This document shows, in pieces, positions 10,298-19,898 of a stretch of 46,491 bases of DNA (position 1 is the stretch's first letter; each line of letters opens with the position of its first letter). The DNA is from a candidate division WOR-3 bacterium (GTDB lineage: Bacteria > SDB-A), in NCBI GenBank assembly GCA_016934535.1, contig JAFGSQ010000034.1:1-46491 (forward strand), in the 5' to 3' direction. The notes beneath the pieces are model-generated. The model worked only from the letters and a program-made list of their open reading frames with translations, did no database searches and was not told the origin of the DNA. The position numbers were made by a program, and so were the translations under genes.

Positions 10298-11260
10298 ATG
10301 AAGAATTTTGCTATGACGGGAGTCGCGGGATATATTGCCCCGAGACATTTGGAAGCCATTAAAAATACAGGCAACAATTTGATAGCCGCGGTTGATCCGC
10401 ACGACTCAGTGGGGATTCTCGACAGGTATTTTCCCGATGCAAGTTTTTTCACTGAAATTGAAAGGTTCGACAGGCACCTTGAAAAGCTGAGAAGGAAATC
10501 TGAAGAAGAAAGGGCTCACTACCTTTCGATTTGCTCGCCGAATCATCTCCACGACGCTCACATTAGATTGGCTCTCAGGCTTGACACCAATGCTATATGC
10601 GAAAAACCTCTCGTCCTGAAACCATCCAATCTCGATGCTCTTGAGAAGCTCGAAGAGGAAACCGGAAAAAAAGTCAACTGCATTTTGCAGTTGAGGGTCC
10701 ACGAAGCGCTTTTAAAACTCAAAAAGAAGTTGGACGACGACATATCCGGCAAAAGAAAAAAAGTTATACTGACATACATCACGTCGAGAGGGCCCTGGTA
10801 TAATTATTCATGGAAAGGAGACCAGGAAAAATCAGGCGGAGTCGTCTGTAATATTGGAATTCATTTTTTCGATCTTCTTCTATGGTATTTCGGCAAATCC
10901 CTGGACAGCAGAATTTATCTTAACGAAAAGAACAAGATGTCCGGCCGCATTGAACTCGAAAGAGCCGACGTCAGATGGTTTCTTTCGATTGACAGAAGCG
11001 ATTTGCCCCAAGCATGTACTCTGGAAAACAGAACAACTTACAGATCAATCACCATAGACGGAGAAGAGGTAGAATTTACAAAAGGATTCACTGATCTTCA
11101 CACTAAAGTCTACGAAGAAATCCTCAAAGGGAAAGGTTTCGGAATAGATGTGGTGAGACCTTCAATCGAACTTGCATACTCCATGAGGACGGCAAAAATT
11201 GTAGGAAAACCCGAAAATCCCCACCCTTTTCTTGAAACTCTGATAGAACAACACAAATAA
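10298..11260 (+). CDS. wbpB: UDP-GlcNAcA 3-dehydrogenase (WbpB/WlbA-like, Gfo/Idh/MocA family)
   Basis: MKNFAMTGVAGYIAPRH start, SICSPNHLHDAH, CEKPL, YITSRG.WY..SWKG, NIGIHFFD, GFTDLHT. Confidence 0.85.
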   Translation: MKNFAMTGVAGYIAPRHLEAIKNTGNNLIAAVDPHDSVGILDRYFPDASFFTEIERFDRHLEKLRRKSEEERAHYLSICSPNHLHDAHIRLALRLDTNAICEKPLVLKPSNLDALEKLEEETGKKVNCILQLRVHEALLKLKKKLDDDISGKRKKVILTYITSRGPWYNYSWKGDQEKSGGVVCNIGIHFFDLLLWYFGKSLDSRIYLNEKNKMSGRIELERADVRWFLSIDRSDLPQACTLENRTTYRSITIDGEEVEFTKGFTDLHTKVYEEILKGKGFGIDVVRPSIELAYSMRTAKIVGKPENPHPFLETLIEQHK

Positions 11261-11277
11261 TATATAGAGGAGGCTCC

Positions 11278-12714
11278 ATGCAGGATCAGGGAGTGAAGAA
11301 AACGCCTGACGATATTTTAAAAAGGATTCAGGAAGAAAACATTAAATTCGTAGATCTCAAATTTATTGATCTGGTGGGAAAATGGCACCATTTGACTTTG
11401 CCGGTTTCCAACGTCAAGCATTCGCTTTTTGAAAAAGGAGTGGGATTCGACGGATCGAGCTGTTCGGGATTTACTTCTCTGGAAGCGGGAGACCTCAACG
11501 TAATCCCGGATCCTGAAACCGCTTTTATAGACGATTTTTACGAAATCCCCTCTCTCTCTTTCATTTGCGATATTGTCGAAGCAGACACTCTGAAACCTTT
11601 TAAAAGAGACCCGAGAGGAGTCGCCAAAAGAGCCGAAAAATACTTGAAAGAATCCGGAATAGCCGACGAGAGCCACTGGATGCCGGAACTCGAATTCTAT
11701 GTTTTCGACTCGGTCCGCTATTCTTCCGAACCCTACGATTTCGGCTTCGGAGTCGATTCTCTTGAAGCCCACTGGAACTCACCGGAAGAAAGGACAGAAC
11801 CGTGGATAAAGCATAAAGGCGGATATCACGCCATATACCCTTCTGATTCACTTCACAATTTGAGAGCTGAGATATGTGTCGCTTTGGAAAAAGCCGGTGT
11901 GGCAGTCAGATATCACCATCACGAAGTCGGAGGGGCAGGCCAGGCCGAGATCGAGCTGGCTCTTTCGCCGGGTCTCGTTAAATGTGCAGACAAGGTGATA
12001 ATATCAAAATATGTAATAAGAAACGTTTGTTTTAAAAGAGGAAAATCCGTAACTTTCATGCCTAAACCGATTTTCGATGAACCGGGAAGCGGGCTTCACT
12101 TTCATCAGAAACTGCACAAGAACGGCAAAAATATTTTTTACTGTTCCGGCGGATATTTTGACCTGAGCGACGAAGCGACGCATTACATAGCAGGTCTGGG
12201 CACTCACGGTCCTTCAGTCATGGCGTTTACCAATCCTTCGACAAATTCCTACAGAAGGCTTGTGGAAGGATACGAAGCTCCGACGCGCTTTTTCTTCTCA
12301 GTGGCAAACAGAAGTTCAGCCATTAGGATTCCCAAATCAGCCGTGTCCGAAGATCAAAAAAGGATCGAATTCCGCATGCCGGACGCCACGTGTAATCCTT
12401 ATCTTGCTGTTTCGGCGATGCTGATGGCTGGACTCGACGGAATAAAAAGGAAGATTTCTCCGGCGAAGTTCGGACCTCTCGACAAAAACCTGTTTGAACT
12501 TCCTCCGAGAGAACAGAGAAGATTCCTGCCGATTCCTTCCTCGTTTGAAAACTCGCTGGACTCTCTCGAGAGCGACAACGAATATCTTAAACAAGAAAGC
12601 GTATTCGACGAAGAACTGATAGATGTTTGGAAGGAAATTAAAATCAAGAACGAAATAATTCCTCTTAAAATAAGAACACACCCCTATGAAATCGAGTTGT
12701 ATTACGACCTCTGA
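11278..12714 (+). CDS. glnA: Glutamine synthetase type I
   Basis: FDGSS, PELEFY, HHHEV, TFMPKP, GSGLHFH, GYEAP, NRS..IRIP, RIEFRMPD..CNPYL. Confidence 0.95.
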   Translation: MQDQGVKKTPDDILKRIQEENIKFVDLKFIDLVGKWHHLTLPVSNVKHSLFEKGVGFDGSSCSGFTSLEAGDLNVIPDPETAFIDDFYEIPSLSFICDIVEADTLKPFKRDPRGVAKRAEKYLKESGIADESHWMPELEFYVFDSVRYSSEPYDFGFGVDSLEAHWNSPEERTEPWIKHKGGYHAIYPSDSLHNLRAEICVALEKAGVAVRYHHHEVGGAGQAEIELALSPGLVKCADKVIISKYVIRNVCFKRGKSVTFMPKPIFDEPGSGLHFHQKLHKNGKNIFYCSGGYFDLSDEATHYIAGLGTHGPSVMAFTNPSTNSYRRLVEGYEAPTRFFFSVANRSSAIRIPKSAVSEDQKRIEFRMPDATCNPYLAVSAMLMAGLDGIKRKISPAKFGPLDKNLFELPPREQRRFLPIPSSFENSLDSLESDNEYLKQESVFDEELIDVWKEIKIKNEIIPLKIRTHPYEIELYYDL

Positions 12715-13645
12715 GCGTTTAAAAAAGACGAAAATCGGACTGTTCATATATGATTCGGTCTGGATAGTTCTGGGATCTTTTCTCGCGGGAGCCGGTATTT
12801 CTCTTTATCTTGTGCCTCACAGAATAGCCCCCGGAGGTATAAGCGGACTGGCTCAAGTACTCTACATCCTTTTCGGCTTTCAAACTGGCGTCGTAATGTT
12901 TGCTTTCAATATTCCTCTTTTCATTCTGGGTGTCATTTTCATTGGAAAAACATTCGGTGCAAAGACAGTCTGGGGCATAATTACTCTCTCGTTTTTCGTC
13001 GATCTTTTTCAGCCGGGAAACGCTTTCACGACAAAAATAATGCCGTCATTTCTTGTCAGTATACCTCAGTATGAAGGCTATTTTTCACTCACTGACCAGA
13101 CAGTGCTTGCTTGTTTTGCAGGTAATGTTCTGCTCGGCGTAGGACTTGGAGTGATATTCAGACACAGAGGATCCACTGCCGGAACCGACATCCCGGTGGC
13201 GCTGATAAAAAAATACACAGGCCTGCCTATGGGAATGGGGTTTATGATAGTGGACACGGTCATAATCCTTCTGGCTTGCCTGGCGTTCAAGGATTTGAAT
13301 CTTCTGATCTGGGCTCTTCTCGGACTTTTTATTTCGGCTAAAACGTGTGATCTTGTTATGCAGGGCATCTCAATCGCAAAAACCGCCTACATAATTTCGG
13401 ACAAATACATAGACATAAACGAGCAGTTGAATTCAACCCTCGGTAGAGGAACGACGATGATAAAGTCCGAAGGCGGTTTCACAGGAATTGACAGACCGAT
13501 GATCTTCTGCGTAATATCGAGAAATCAGGTATTTCAGTTGATTGAAATAGTCAAGGAAATAGACAAAAATGCTTTTATTGTCCTCTACGACGCTTTTGAT
13601 GTACTCGGTTCGGGATTCAAGAGAATAGACAGAACGACGTTGTAA
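12686..13645 (+). CDS. YitT family membrane protein with C-terminal DUF2179
   Basis: IAPGGISG, FNIPLF, GSTAGTD, RGTT...GGFTG, IDKNAF; exact start uncertain. Confidence 0.88.
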   Translation: MKSSCITTSERLKKTKIGLFIYDSVWIVLGSFLAGAGISLYLVPHRIAPGGISGLAQVLYILFGFQTGVVMFAFNIPLFILGVIFIGKTFGAKTVWGIITLSFFVDLFQPGNAFTTKIMPSFLVSIPQYEGYFSLTDQTVLACFAGNVLLGVGLGVIFRHRGSTAGTDIPVALIKKYTGLPMGMGFMIVDTVIILLACLAFKDLNLLIWALLGLFISAKTCDLVMQGISIAKTAYIISDKYIDINEQLNSTLGRGTTMIKSEGGFTGIDRPMIFCVISRNQVFQLIEIVKEIDKNAFIVLYDAFDVLGSGFKRIDRTTL

Positions 13646-13671
13646 AAAGGGGGGCTCAGCCCCCCTTTTTT
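13644..13671. terminator. Bidirectional intrinsic terminator
   Basis: AAAAA-GGGGGGC-TCA-GCCCCCC-TTTTTT between convergent genes. Confidence 0.9.
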
Positions 13672-14584
13672 ACTTTTTAGAGTATTCGATTATAATGTCC
13701 GCGACTTCGCCGCCAACCCTTTTCTGAGCTTCTGCCGTAAGAGCTCCTATGTGAGGAGTCAGAGATACGTTGTCGAGTGCGAGAAGAGGATTGCCGGGTT
13801 TGACAGGTTCGTCGGCATAGACGTCGAGACCGGCTCCGAAAAGATGACCGCTCTTGAGAGCTTCGGCCAGCGCCGCCTCGTCAATTATGCCGCCGCGAGC
13901 GCAGTTTATAAGGATACTGCCCTTTTTCATTTTCGATATCATTTCTTTACCGAAAAGGTTCTTCGTTTTTTCCGTCATCGGCATGTGAAGGCTGATGATG
14001 TCTGCTGTTGAAATTGCCTCATCAATATCTTTGAGTACTATGACTTCAGCAAACGGAGGTTTTATCTCGACAACATCATATGCTTGAACTTTCATACCGA
14101 GAGCGTGTGCTCTTTTGGCGAGTTCAGAGCCGATTCTTCCGAAACCGATAATGGAAATTGTTTTTCCGGAGAGTTCTTTTCCCTTAAGTTCTTTTTTCTC
14201 CCATTTCCCGTTTTTGATTCCGCATGTAGCTCTTGGAATGTACCTGTAAAGGGCAAAAATGTGAGCCAAGGCAAGTTCGGCGACAGAAGCGGAACTGGCT
14301 CCGGGTGTGTTCTTGACTTCCATTCCCGCCGCTTTTGCCGCCTCTACGTCTATGTTGTCGACACCGACCCCGCCTCTGATTATCAGTTTCAGGGAAGATT
14401 TCGCAGCTTGTACGACTTCTTTTGTGATTTTAGTCGCTGATCGGACTACGCAGACGTCGTATCCGGGGATGGTTTTTATCAGTTCGTCCGGCTTCATTTC
14501 AGTTTTGACTTCGACGGTTATCCCTGCCGATTTGATTTTTTCGACGGCTTTGTCGTCAACGGGATCGCATATCAGGACTTTCAT
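13670..14584 (-). CDS. serA: D-3-phosphoglycerate dehydrogenase-like D-2-hydroxyacid dehydrogenase (short form, no ACT domain)
   Basis: VRSATK, RGGVGVDNID, GFGRIG, NCARGG, LDVY..EP, TPHIGA.T.EAQ. Confidence 0.8.
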   Translation of the reverse strand: MKVLICDPVDDKAVEKIKSAGITVEVKTEMKPDELIKTIPGYDVCVVRSATKITKEVVQAAKSSLKLIIRGGVGVDNIDVEAAKAAGMEVKNTPGASSASVAELALAHIFALYRYIPRATCGIKNGKWEKKELKGKELSGKTISIIGFGRIGSELAKRAHALGMKVQAYDVVEIKPPFAEVIVLKDIDEAISTADIISLHMPMTEKTKNLFGKEMISKMKKGSILINCARGGIIDEAALAEALKSGHLFGAGLDVYADEPVKPGNPLLALDNVSLTPHIGALTAEAQKRVGGEVADIIIEYSKK

Positions 14585-14593
14585 GTCTCCTCC

Positions 14594-15661
14594 TTAGAGT
14601 TCGAGAATTTCGTTTATAGCGGTTATAAGTTCTTTGACGTCTTTCATTGTCAAATCGCCCATGTGAGCTATTCTGAAAGTTTTTTCCTTGAGGTCCCCGT
14701 AGCCGTTCGAGAGAGTCATTTCTTTTTCACCGAGTTTTTTGTTCAGGTCGGCTATGCTTATGCCTTTCGTATTAGTTATACAGGTCAGAGTTACGGATTC
14801 GTAGCCGGGTTGAGGGAATAGAGCGAAGTTCTTTTTCGCCCATTCTCTGACGTAAGTTGCCATTTCGAGATGTCTGGCGAACCGCTTGTCGAGGCCTTCG
14901 GCGAAAAATTTGTCTAATTGCATGTTTATGGCGAAAATGTGAGAAATTGTCGGTGTAGAAGGAGTCTGGTTTTTCTCCTGGTACTTTTGGAATTCCACGA
15001 AGTCGAAATAATAACCTTTGTTGGTCGCTTTGGCGGATTTTTCGAGAGCTTTTTTGCTGACCGCGGCGACAGCGAGTCCGGGGGGTAGAGCGAAGGCTTT
15101 TTGCACACCTGCCAGACATACATCTATTCCGAGTTTGTCGACCTCTATCTTGACGCCGGTCATTGAGGACACAGCGTCCACGCAGAAAGAGATGTCCGGG
15201 TACTTTTTCATGACTTCTGCGACTTCGGGCAGTTTATTCATAACTCCCGTCGAAGTCTCGTTGTGCACTATCAAAAGGCAGTCGTATTTCCCGGTAGACA
15301 GCATTTTGTCAATTTCCTTCGGGTCGTGTCCGTGTCCCCATTCGACCTCGTATTTGTCCGCATCGACTTTATTGGGGGCAGCCATCTGAAACCACCTTTT
15401 TGAAAAAGCGCCGTTGACGCATGCCAGGACGCGTTTGTGAGCGCAGTTTCTTATAGCTCCTTCCATCCATCCGGTCGAGGAACAAGTGCCGAGATATACT
15501 TCATTTTCGGTATAAAGAAGTTTTTTTAGTTTCGGTACGACTTCGGCCTGAAGATCTGAATAATCCTTGCTTCTGTGACCGATCATGAAATGCCCCATTT
15601 CCTTTAATATGTCATCGGACACCTCGACAGGACCCGGAATGAACAGTTTTTTGTGCTTCAC
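14594..15661 (-). CDS. Class V PLP aminotransferase (alanine-glyoxylate/phosphoserine aminotransferase-like)
   Basis: LFIPGP, GHRS, HNETSTGV, DAVSS, QKAFALPPG, FRIAHMG; GGAGG + GTG start. Confidence 0.9.
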   Translation of the reverse strand: MKHKKLFIPGPVEVSDDILKEMGHFMIGHRSKDYSDLQAEVVPKLKKLLYTENEVYLGTCSSTGWMEGAIRNCAHKRVLACVNGAFSKRWFQMAAPNKVDADKYEVEWGHGHDPKEIDKMLSTGKYDCLLIVHNETSTGVMNKLPEVAEVMKKYPDISFCVDAVSSMTGVKIEVDKLGIDVCLAGVQKAFALPPGLAVAAVSKKALEKSAKATNKGYYFDFVEFQKYQEKNQTPSTPTISHIFAINMQLDKFFAEGLDKRFARHLEMATYVREWAKKNFALFPQPGYESVTLTCITNTKGISIADLNKKLGEKEMTLSNGYGDLKEKTFRIAHMGDLTMKDVKELITAINEILEL

Positions 15662-15708
15662 AAAAACCTCCTTTGAGAATTAAAATGCTGAAACCTGAAA
15701 TAAACCAC

Positions 15709-16866
15709 TTAAAGCCTCGTGAAAGGTTCAAAAAGACGGGAGTATTCGTCCATCGCGAAACGGTCAGTCATACCCGCTATGTAGTCGCATATCACTCTTT
15801 TTTCTCCCTCGTTTACGATACGTGACTGATGAAAGGGGGGAAGCTGTTTGGGCTCTTTTAAATAGGATTCAAAGAGCCTTCCAATGAATCTTTTCGCTTT
15901 ATCCTGCATTTTTACGACTTTGTAGTGCTGGTATAGATTTTCGTAGAGAAAATTCTTTAATACAGTGTTGCCTTTTTTCATGCCGCCTGAAAAGGAGATC
16001 AAGGAGTGCGAATTTCTGACATCGTCTACAGATTTAACGCCGCTGGATTCAATATTATTCTCCGAGGTTTTTATGACGTCTTCAATCTGCCTTCCTATGA
16101 GCTCGCGGACGGCGGTAGTCCGAAGGAGTTTTTCGTCCAACGCCTTTCCGCCTGATACGGCATTTACAGTGTCTTTCCAAAGATCTATTTCACTGAGTTG
16201 AGAAAGATTTATTAATCCGGATTTCAAGCCGTCGTCAATATCGTGATTGTTGTATGCTATTTCATCGGCCGTGTTGACTATTTGCGCTTCCAGAAAAGGA
16301 TTTTTACCTGGCTGAAAAGCGGAGTCAAAATCGTTTTCGGGACTGTCGTATTCACTGCGGTGTTTTATTATGCCTTCGCGGGTTTCGACAGTCAGATTGA
16401 GACCTAAATATTTGTCCGTCCTGAATTCGAGTTTTTCTACGACTCTGAGTCCCTGCCGGTTGTGTTCGAAGCCGCCTTCTTTGGTCATCAGTTCCTTCAG
16501 AGCTTCCTCTCCCGCGTGTCCGAACGGAGTGTGGCCAATGTCGTGAGCGAGTGCTATCGCTTCGGTGAGGTCTTCGTTGAGCATTAAAGTCTTTGCGACG
16601 GATTTGGCTATCTGAGCGACCTCGAGGGTGTGAGTGAGTCTCGTCCTGTAATAATCACCGACGTGGTTTACGAACACCTGAGTCTTATATTCCATGTGCC
16701 TGAATGCCCGGGAATGAATAATCCTGTCTCTGTCGCGCTGAAAGGCTGTTCTGAATTCGCTCTCTTTTTCAGAGTGGTCTCTGCCCAATGAGTTTTTCGA
16801 AGTAAAGGCGTATGAAGCCAAAAAATTTTCTTCGAAATTTTCCAAGTCTTTTCTGTGTCTCAACAT
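15709..16866 (-). CDS. dgt: dGTP triphosphohydrolase
   Basis: FQRDRDRIIHSRAFR, KTQVF, RTRLTHTLEV, HDIGHTPFGHAGE, ADEIAY..HDIDD, DYIAGMTDRFA. Confidence 0.93.
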   Translation of the reverse strand: MLRHRKDLENFEENFLASYAFTSKNSLGRDHSEKESEFRTAFQRDRDRIIHSRAFRHMEYKTQVFVNHVGDYYRTRLTHTLEVAQIAKSVAKTLMLNEDLTEAIALAHDIGHTPFGHAGEEALKELMTKEGGFEHNRQGLRVVEKLEFRTDKYLGLNLTVETREGIIKHRSEYDSPENDFDSAFQPGKNPFLEAQIVNTADEIAYNNHDIDDGLKSGLINLSQLSEIDLWKDTVNAVSGGKALDEKLLRTTAVRELIGRQIEDVIKTSENNIESSGVKSVDDVRNSHSLISFSGGMKKGNTVLKNFLYENLYQHYKVVKMQDKAKRFIGRLFESYLKEPKQLPPFHQSRIVNEGEKRVICDYIAGMTDRFAMDEYSRLFEPFTRL

Positions 16867-16869
16867 ATT

Positions 16870-18381
16870 TTAATGGTAGAAGTGCCTTCTCTTGCTGAAA
16901 ATCATAATCATACCACACTTTTCGGCGCTTTCAAGCACTTTCGAATCCATTTTGGAACCTCCGGGCTGAACAACGGCGTAAACGCCTTTTTCCCTGGCAT
17001 ATTCTATGCTGTCCGGGAAGGGGAAGTAAGCGTCCGAAGCCATGACCGAACCCCGGGCTTTTTCACCCGCTTTTTCGCAGGCCTGAACCACCGAATCTAT
17101 TCTGCTGACGTTTCCTCCCCCTATACCGACAAGGCGTGAAGATTGGGCGAGTACGACCGCGTTTGATTTGACCGACATAACGGCTTTTTGGGCGAAAACG
17201 AGGGATTTGAAAGTCTTTTCGTCGGGTTTCTCGGAGGAAACGGTTTCCCATTGAGAGGTGTCTTCGAAACTGTCCCGGGTCTGATAAAGAAATCCCCCGG
17301 AGACGGATTTCACCGAATATCCTTTATCCTGCGTAAAAAGGCTTCCGTTCAATATGATTATTCTTTTTTTCTTTTTAGCAAGAATTTCTTTGGCATCGTC
17401 GTCGGCCTCGGGAGCTATTATCATCGTCAGAAAAGGCGTTTTATTTATTACTTCGGCTAAAGAAAGGTCTATTTTCCTGTTCATGGCAAAAATGCCGCCG
17501 TAAGCCGAATCCGGATCGGTTTCGTAAGCGTTTTTAAAAGTTTCGGTCAAGTCTTTTCCTTCGGCAAGTCCGCAGAGGCTTTGATGTTTGACGATCGACA
17601 CTGCGGGCTCTTCAAACTGCCTGACTGCTTTTACGGCGGCTTCGGCGTCGAGTATGTTGTTGTAGGACAATCCTTTGGAAAGCTCGGAAAATGAAATACC
17701 CCAGAGAGGATTTTTAAGGAAATAGCCTTCCTGATGCGGATTTTCTCCGTAATTCAGGCGGCCGAACATAGTGAACGGGAAAGAAGATTCTCCTTCAAGA
17801 TATTCTCCGCCCAGAGTACCCGCTATCAGGGCGTCGTAGTGCGACGTAAGCCTGAAAGCCTTTGCCGCGCATTTCTTTCTGAATATTTCTTCGGTGCCGC
17901 CGCTGCTTTTTTCGAACTGATCCAGAAACTCATCATATTGCGCCGGTGATGACAAGACTGTCACCCAGCGGTGATTTTTCGCGGCCGATCTGATAAGGGA
18001 AGGGCCTCCGATGTCGATGAATTCGACAGTTTCTTTTTCACTCGCTGCGTTCATGCCTTTTTCAGCAAATGGGTAGAAATTTACTACGACGAGATCTATA
18101 GTCTCGAGACCCGCGGCTTCAATTTGTTTCAGGTCTTCGGGATTGTCTCTTCTCGCTAAAATCCCGGCGAACAATACGGGATGGAGAGTCTTGACCCTGC
18201 CGCCCAGGATTTCCCCGTAACCGGTCAGGGACCCGGCGTCGGTGACTTCGTAACCTCTTTCTCTGATGAATTTTGCCGTTCCCGACGTCGCTATTATTTT
18301 CACTTTTTTAGCCGCCAGAGAGCTCAGTATTTTATCGGCGTCTTTTTTATCCCAAAGAGACATGAGCGCTGTTTTTATCAT
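16870..18381 (-). CDS. purH: Bifunctional AICAR transformylase / IMP cyclohydrolase
   Basis: GGRVKTLHP, IDIGGP, YGENPHQ, LSYNN, KSNA, ASDAYFPF, QPGGS, RHFYH. Confidence 0.93.
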   Translation of the reverse strand: MIKTALMSLWDKKDADKILSSLAAKKVKIIATSGTAKFIRERGYEVTDAGSLTGYGEILGGRVKTLHPVLFAGILARRDNPEDLKQIEAAGLETIDLVVVNFYPFAEKGMNAASEKETVEFIDIGGPSLIRSAAKNHRWVTVLSSPAQYDEFLDQFEKSSGGTEEIFRKKCAAKAFRLTSHYDALIAGTLGGEYLEGESSFPFTMFGRLNYGENPHQEGYFLKNPLWGISFSELSKGLSYNNILDAEAAVKAVRQFEEPAVSIVKHQSLCGLAEGKDLTETFKNAYETDPDSAYGGIFAMNRKIDLSLAEVINKTPFLTMIIAPEADDDAKEILAKKKKRIIILNGSLFTQDKGYSVKSVSGGFLYQTRDSFEDTSQWETVSSEKPDEKTFKSLVFAQKAVMSVKSNAVVLAQSSRLVGIGGGNVSRIDSVVQACEKAGEKARGSVMASDAYFPFPDSIEYAREKGVYAVVQPGGSKMDSKVLESAEKCGMIMIFSKRRHFYH

Positions 18382-18391
18382 TTTTCGCCTT

Positions 18392-19837
18392 TCATTTATC
18401 TGCGGAACCTGAAATCATTATGAAGACAGTGTTTAAAACCAGTTGAAGATCCAACCAGGGGCTGACGCTGTTCGAGTATATGAGGTCTAGTAAGATGGTG
18501 TCAGAGAAACTCAAGCCTCTTGATTTCAGAACTTGCCATATCCCAGTACACCCCGGTTTTATTGAATACCTTTTCTTGTGCCAGTCATTGTACGCTTCGT
18601 ATTCGGCAACCAGGCAGGGTCTCGGACCGACGAGGCTCATGTCGTTTTTCAGGACGTTGAAAAACTGCGGTGTCTCGTCGAGGGCCGTGGCTCTGAGGAT
18701 TTTTCCTATCCAGGTCACCCTTTTCTTGTCGACTATTTTTTTCACGACGGTGTTTTCGTTCGCGATGGATTCTATGTACGCGTTGTCCCTTTTTTTTATT
18801 TCGCCGTCTTCAGCCATCCTCATAGTTCTGAATTTGTAGAAATTGAAAATTTTTCCGTCTTTTCCTACCCGCGGCTGGGTTATAATTCCCGGCCCTTTCG
18901 ATGAAAGCTTTATAAGAGAGATGACGATCAAAAGCAGAGGAAGCGTCGACAGGATGAACATGAGAGATAATATGAAGTCGGCGGTCCTTTTGAAAAATTT
19001 ATACCAGAAAAAATAAGGCGATTCACCAAGCGAAAAAACAGGGTTGCTGCCGTATCTGTCTGTGTTTATAAGGTCGGCAAGGCGATCGTATTGATATGAA
19101 GTGAATTCAACATTTTTGATACAGGGATAAAGGTTCGATATAACTGAAATTGCGGTTTTTGTCGAAGTATTCCTCACGGCGACAAACAGGTCGGTCGGAG
19201 AGAATTTGTCTATTATGTCGGCTGCTTTTTCGAGCGTGTAGCCCTCAATCGTATCGTCTGGTCCCTGTCTGCCGTCAAGTGAAAGAGCAGCCACTACTTC
19301 GCATCCGTATTCTTTGTTTTTTTTAAGTTCATTCATGCATTCCACGGCGATTTCAGTGTCGCCTACTATGAGGAGCCTTCTCATGTTGAACGGCGCTTTG
19401 GACATAAATCTATGAAAAAAAGGATACAAAACAACTCTGACAAGCAGGAATAACGCGAGCGATATCAGAGGCCAGAATATCAGCACCAGTCTGCTGTCAG
19501 TGAAATGGTAGTTTAATTTGGTTATGTAATTCAGGAAAGAATAAAATATAGAAGAAACGAGCAGGGCTTTTATGAGATTGACTATGTGCTCAAAACGGCT
19601 GGTCAAAACTTGTATTTTGTAAAGACCGAAAAGATGAAATACGAAAATGGCAAGCGTCGAAAAACAGGCGAAGACCGCAATGCTGACTGAAATACGGACA
19701 TTTCCCAAAAAATAGGAATGAGGCTGGTAAAATTTGGAAAATCTTATCATTTGAGCCGTCACGAAAGACAGATTGAGAACGAGAAGGTCAAGTATCAAAA
19801 GATTGTATTTGTACCAAACGGCTCTTTGTCTAAGCAT
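18392..19837 (-). CDS. Polyprenyl glycosylphosphotransferase (bacterial sugar transferase, WcaJ/WbaP-like)
   Basis: N-terminal TMs; KRTADF, YKFRTM, LDETPQF.NVL..DMSLVGPRP, KPGCTGIWQV. Confidence 0.9.
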   Translation of the reverse strand: MLRQRAVWYKYNLLILDLLVLNLSFVTAQMIRFSKFYQPHSYFLGNVRISVSIAVFACFSTLAIFVFHLFGLYKIQVLTSRFEHIVNLIKALLVSSIFYSFLNYITKLNYHFTDSRLVLIFWPLISLALFLLVRVVLYPFFHRFMSKAPFNMRRLLIVGDTEIAVECMNELKKNKEYGCEVVAALSLDGRQGPDDTIEGYTLEKAADIIDKFSPTDLFVAVRNTSTKTAISVISNLYPCIKNVEFTSYQYDRLADLINTDRYGSNPVFSLGESPYFFWYKFFKRTADFILSLMFILSTLPLLLIVISLIKLSSKGPGIITQPRVGKDGKIFNFYKFRTMRMAEDGEIKKRDNAYIESIANENTVVKKIVDKKRVTWIGKILRATALDETPQFFNVLKNDMSLVGPRPCLVAEYEAYNDWHKKRYSIKPGCTGIWQVLKSRGLSFSDTILLDLIYSNSVSPWLDLQLVLNTVFIMISGSADK

Positions 19838-19898
19838 GTTGTTTAAATTTCCCGCAAGTGTTAAATTATTATTCGTTTATTATATCACCGGAGGAAAA

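Noticed and set aside
15709..16866. dGTPase as an anti-phage defence gene
   Set aside because: Lies in a housekeeping operon with purH and has no defence-island neighbours
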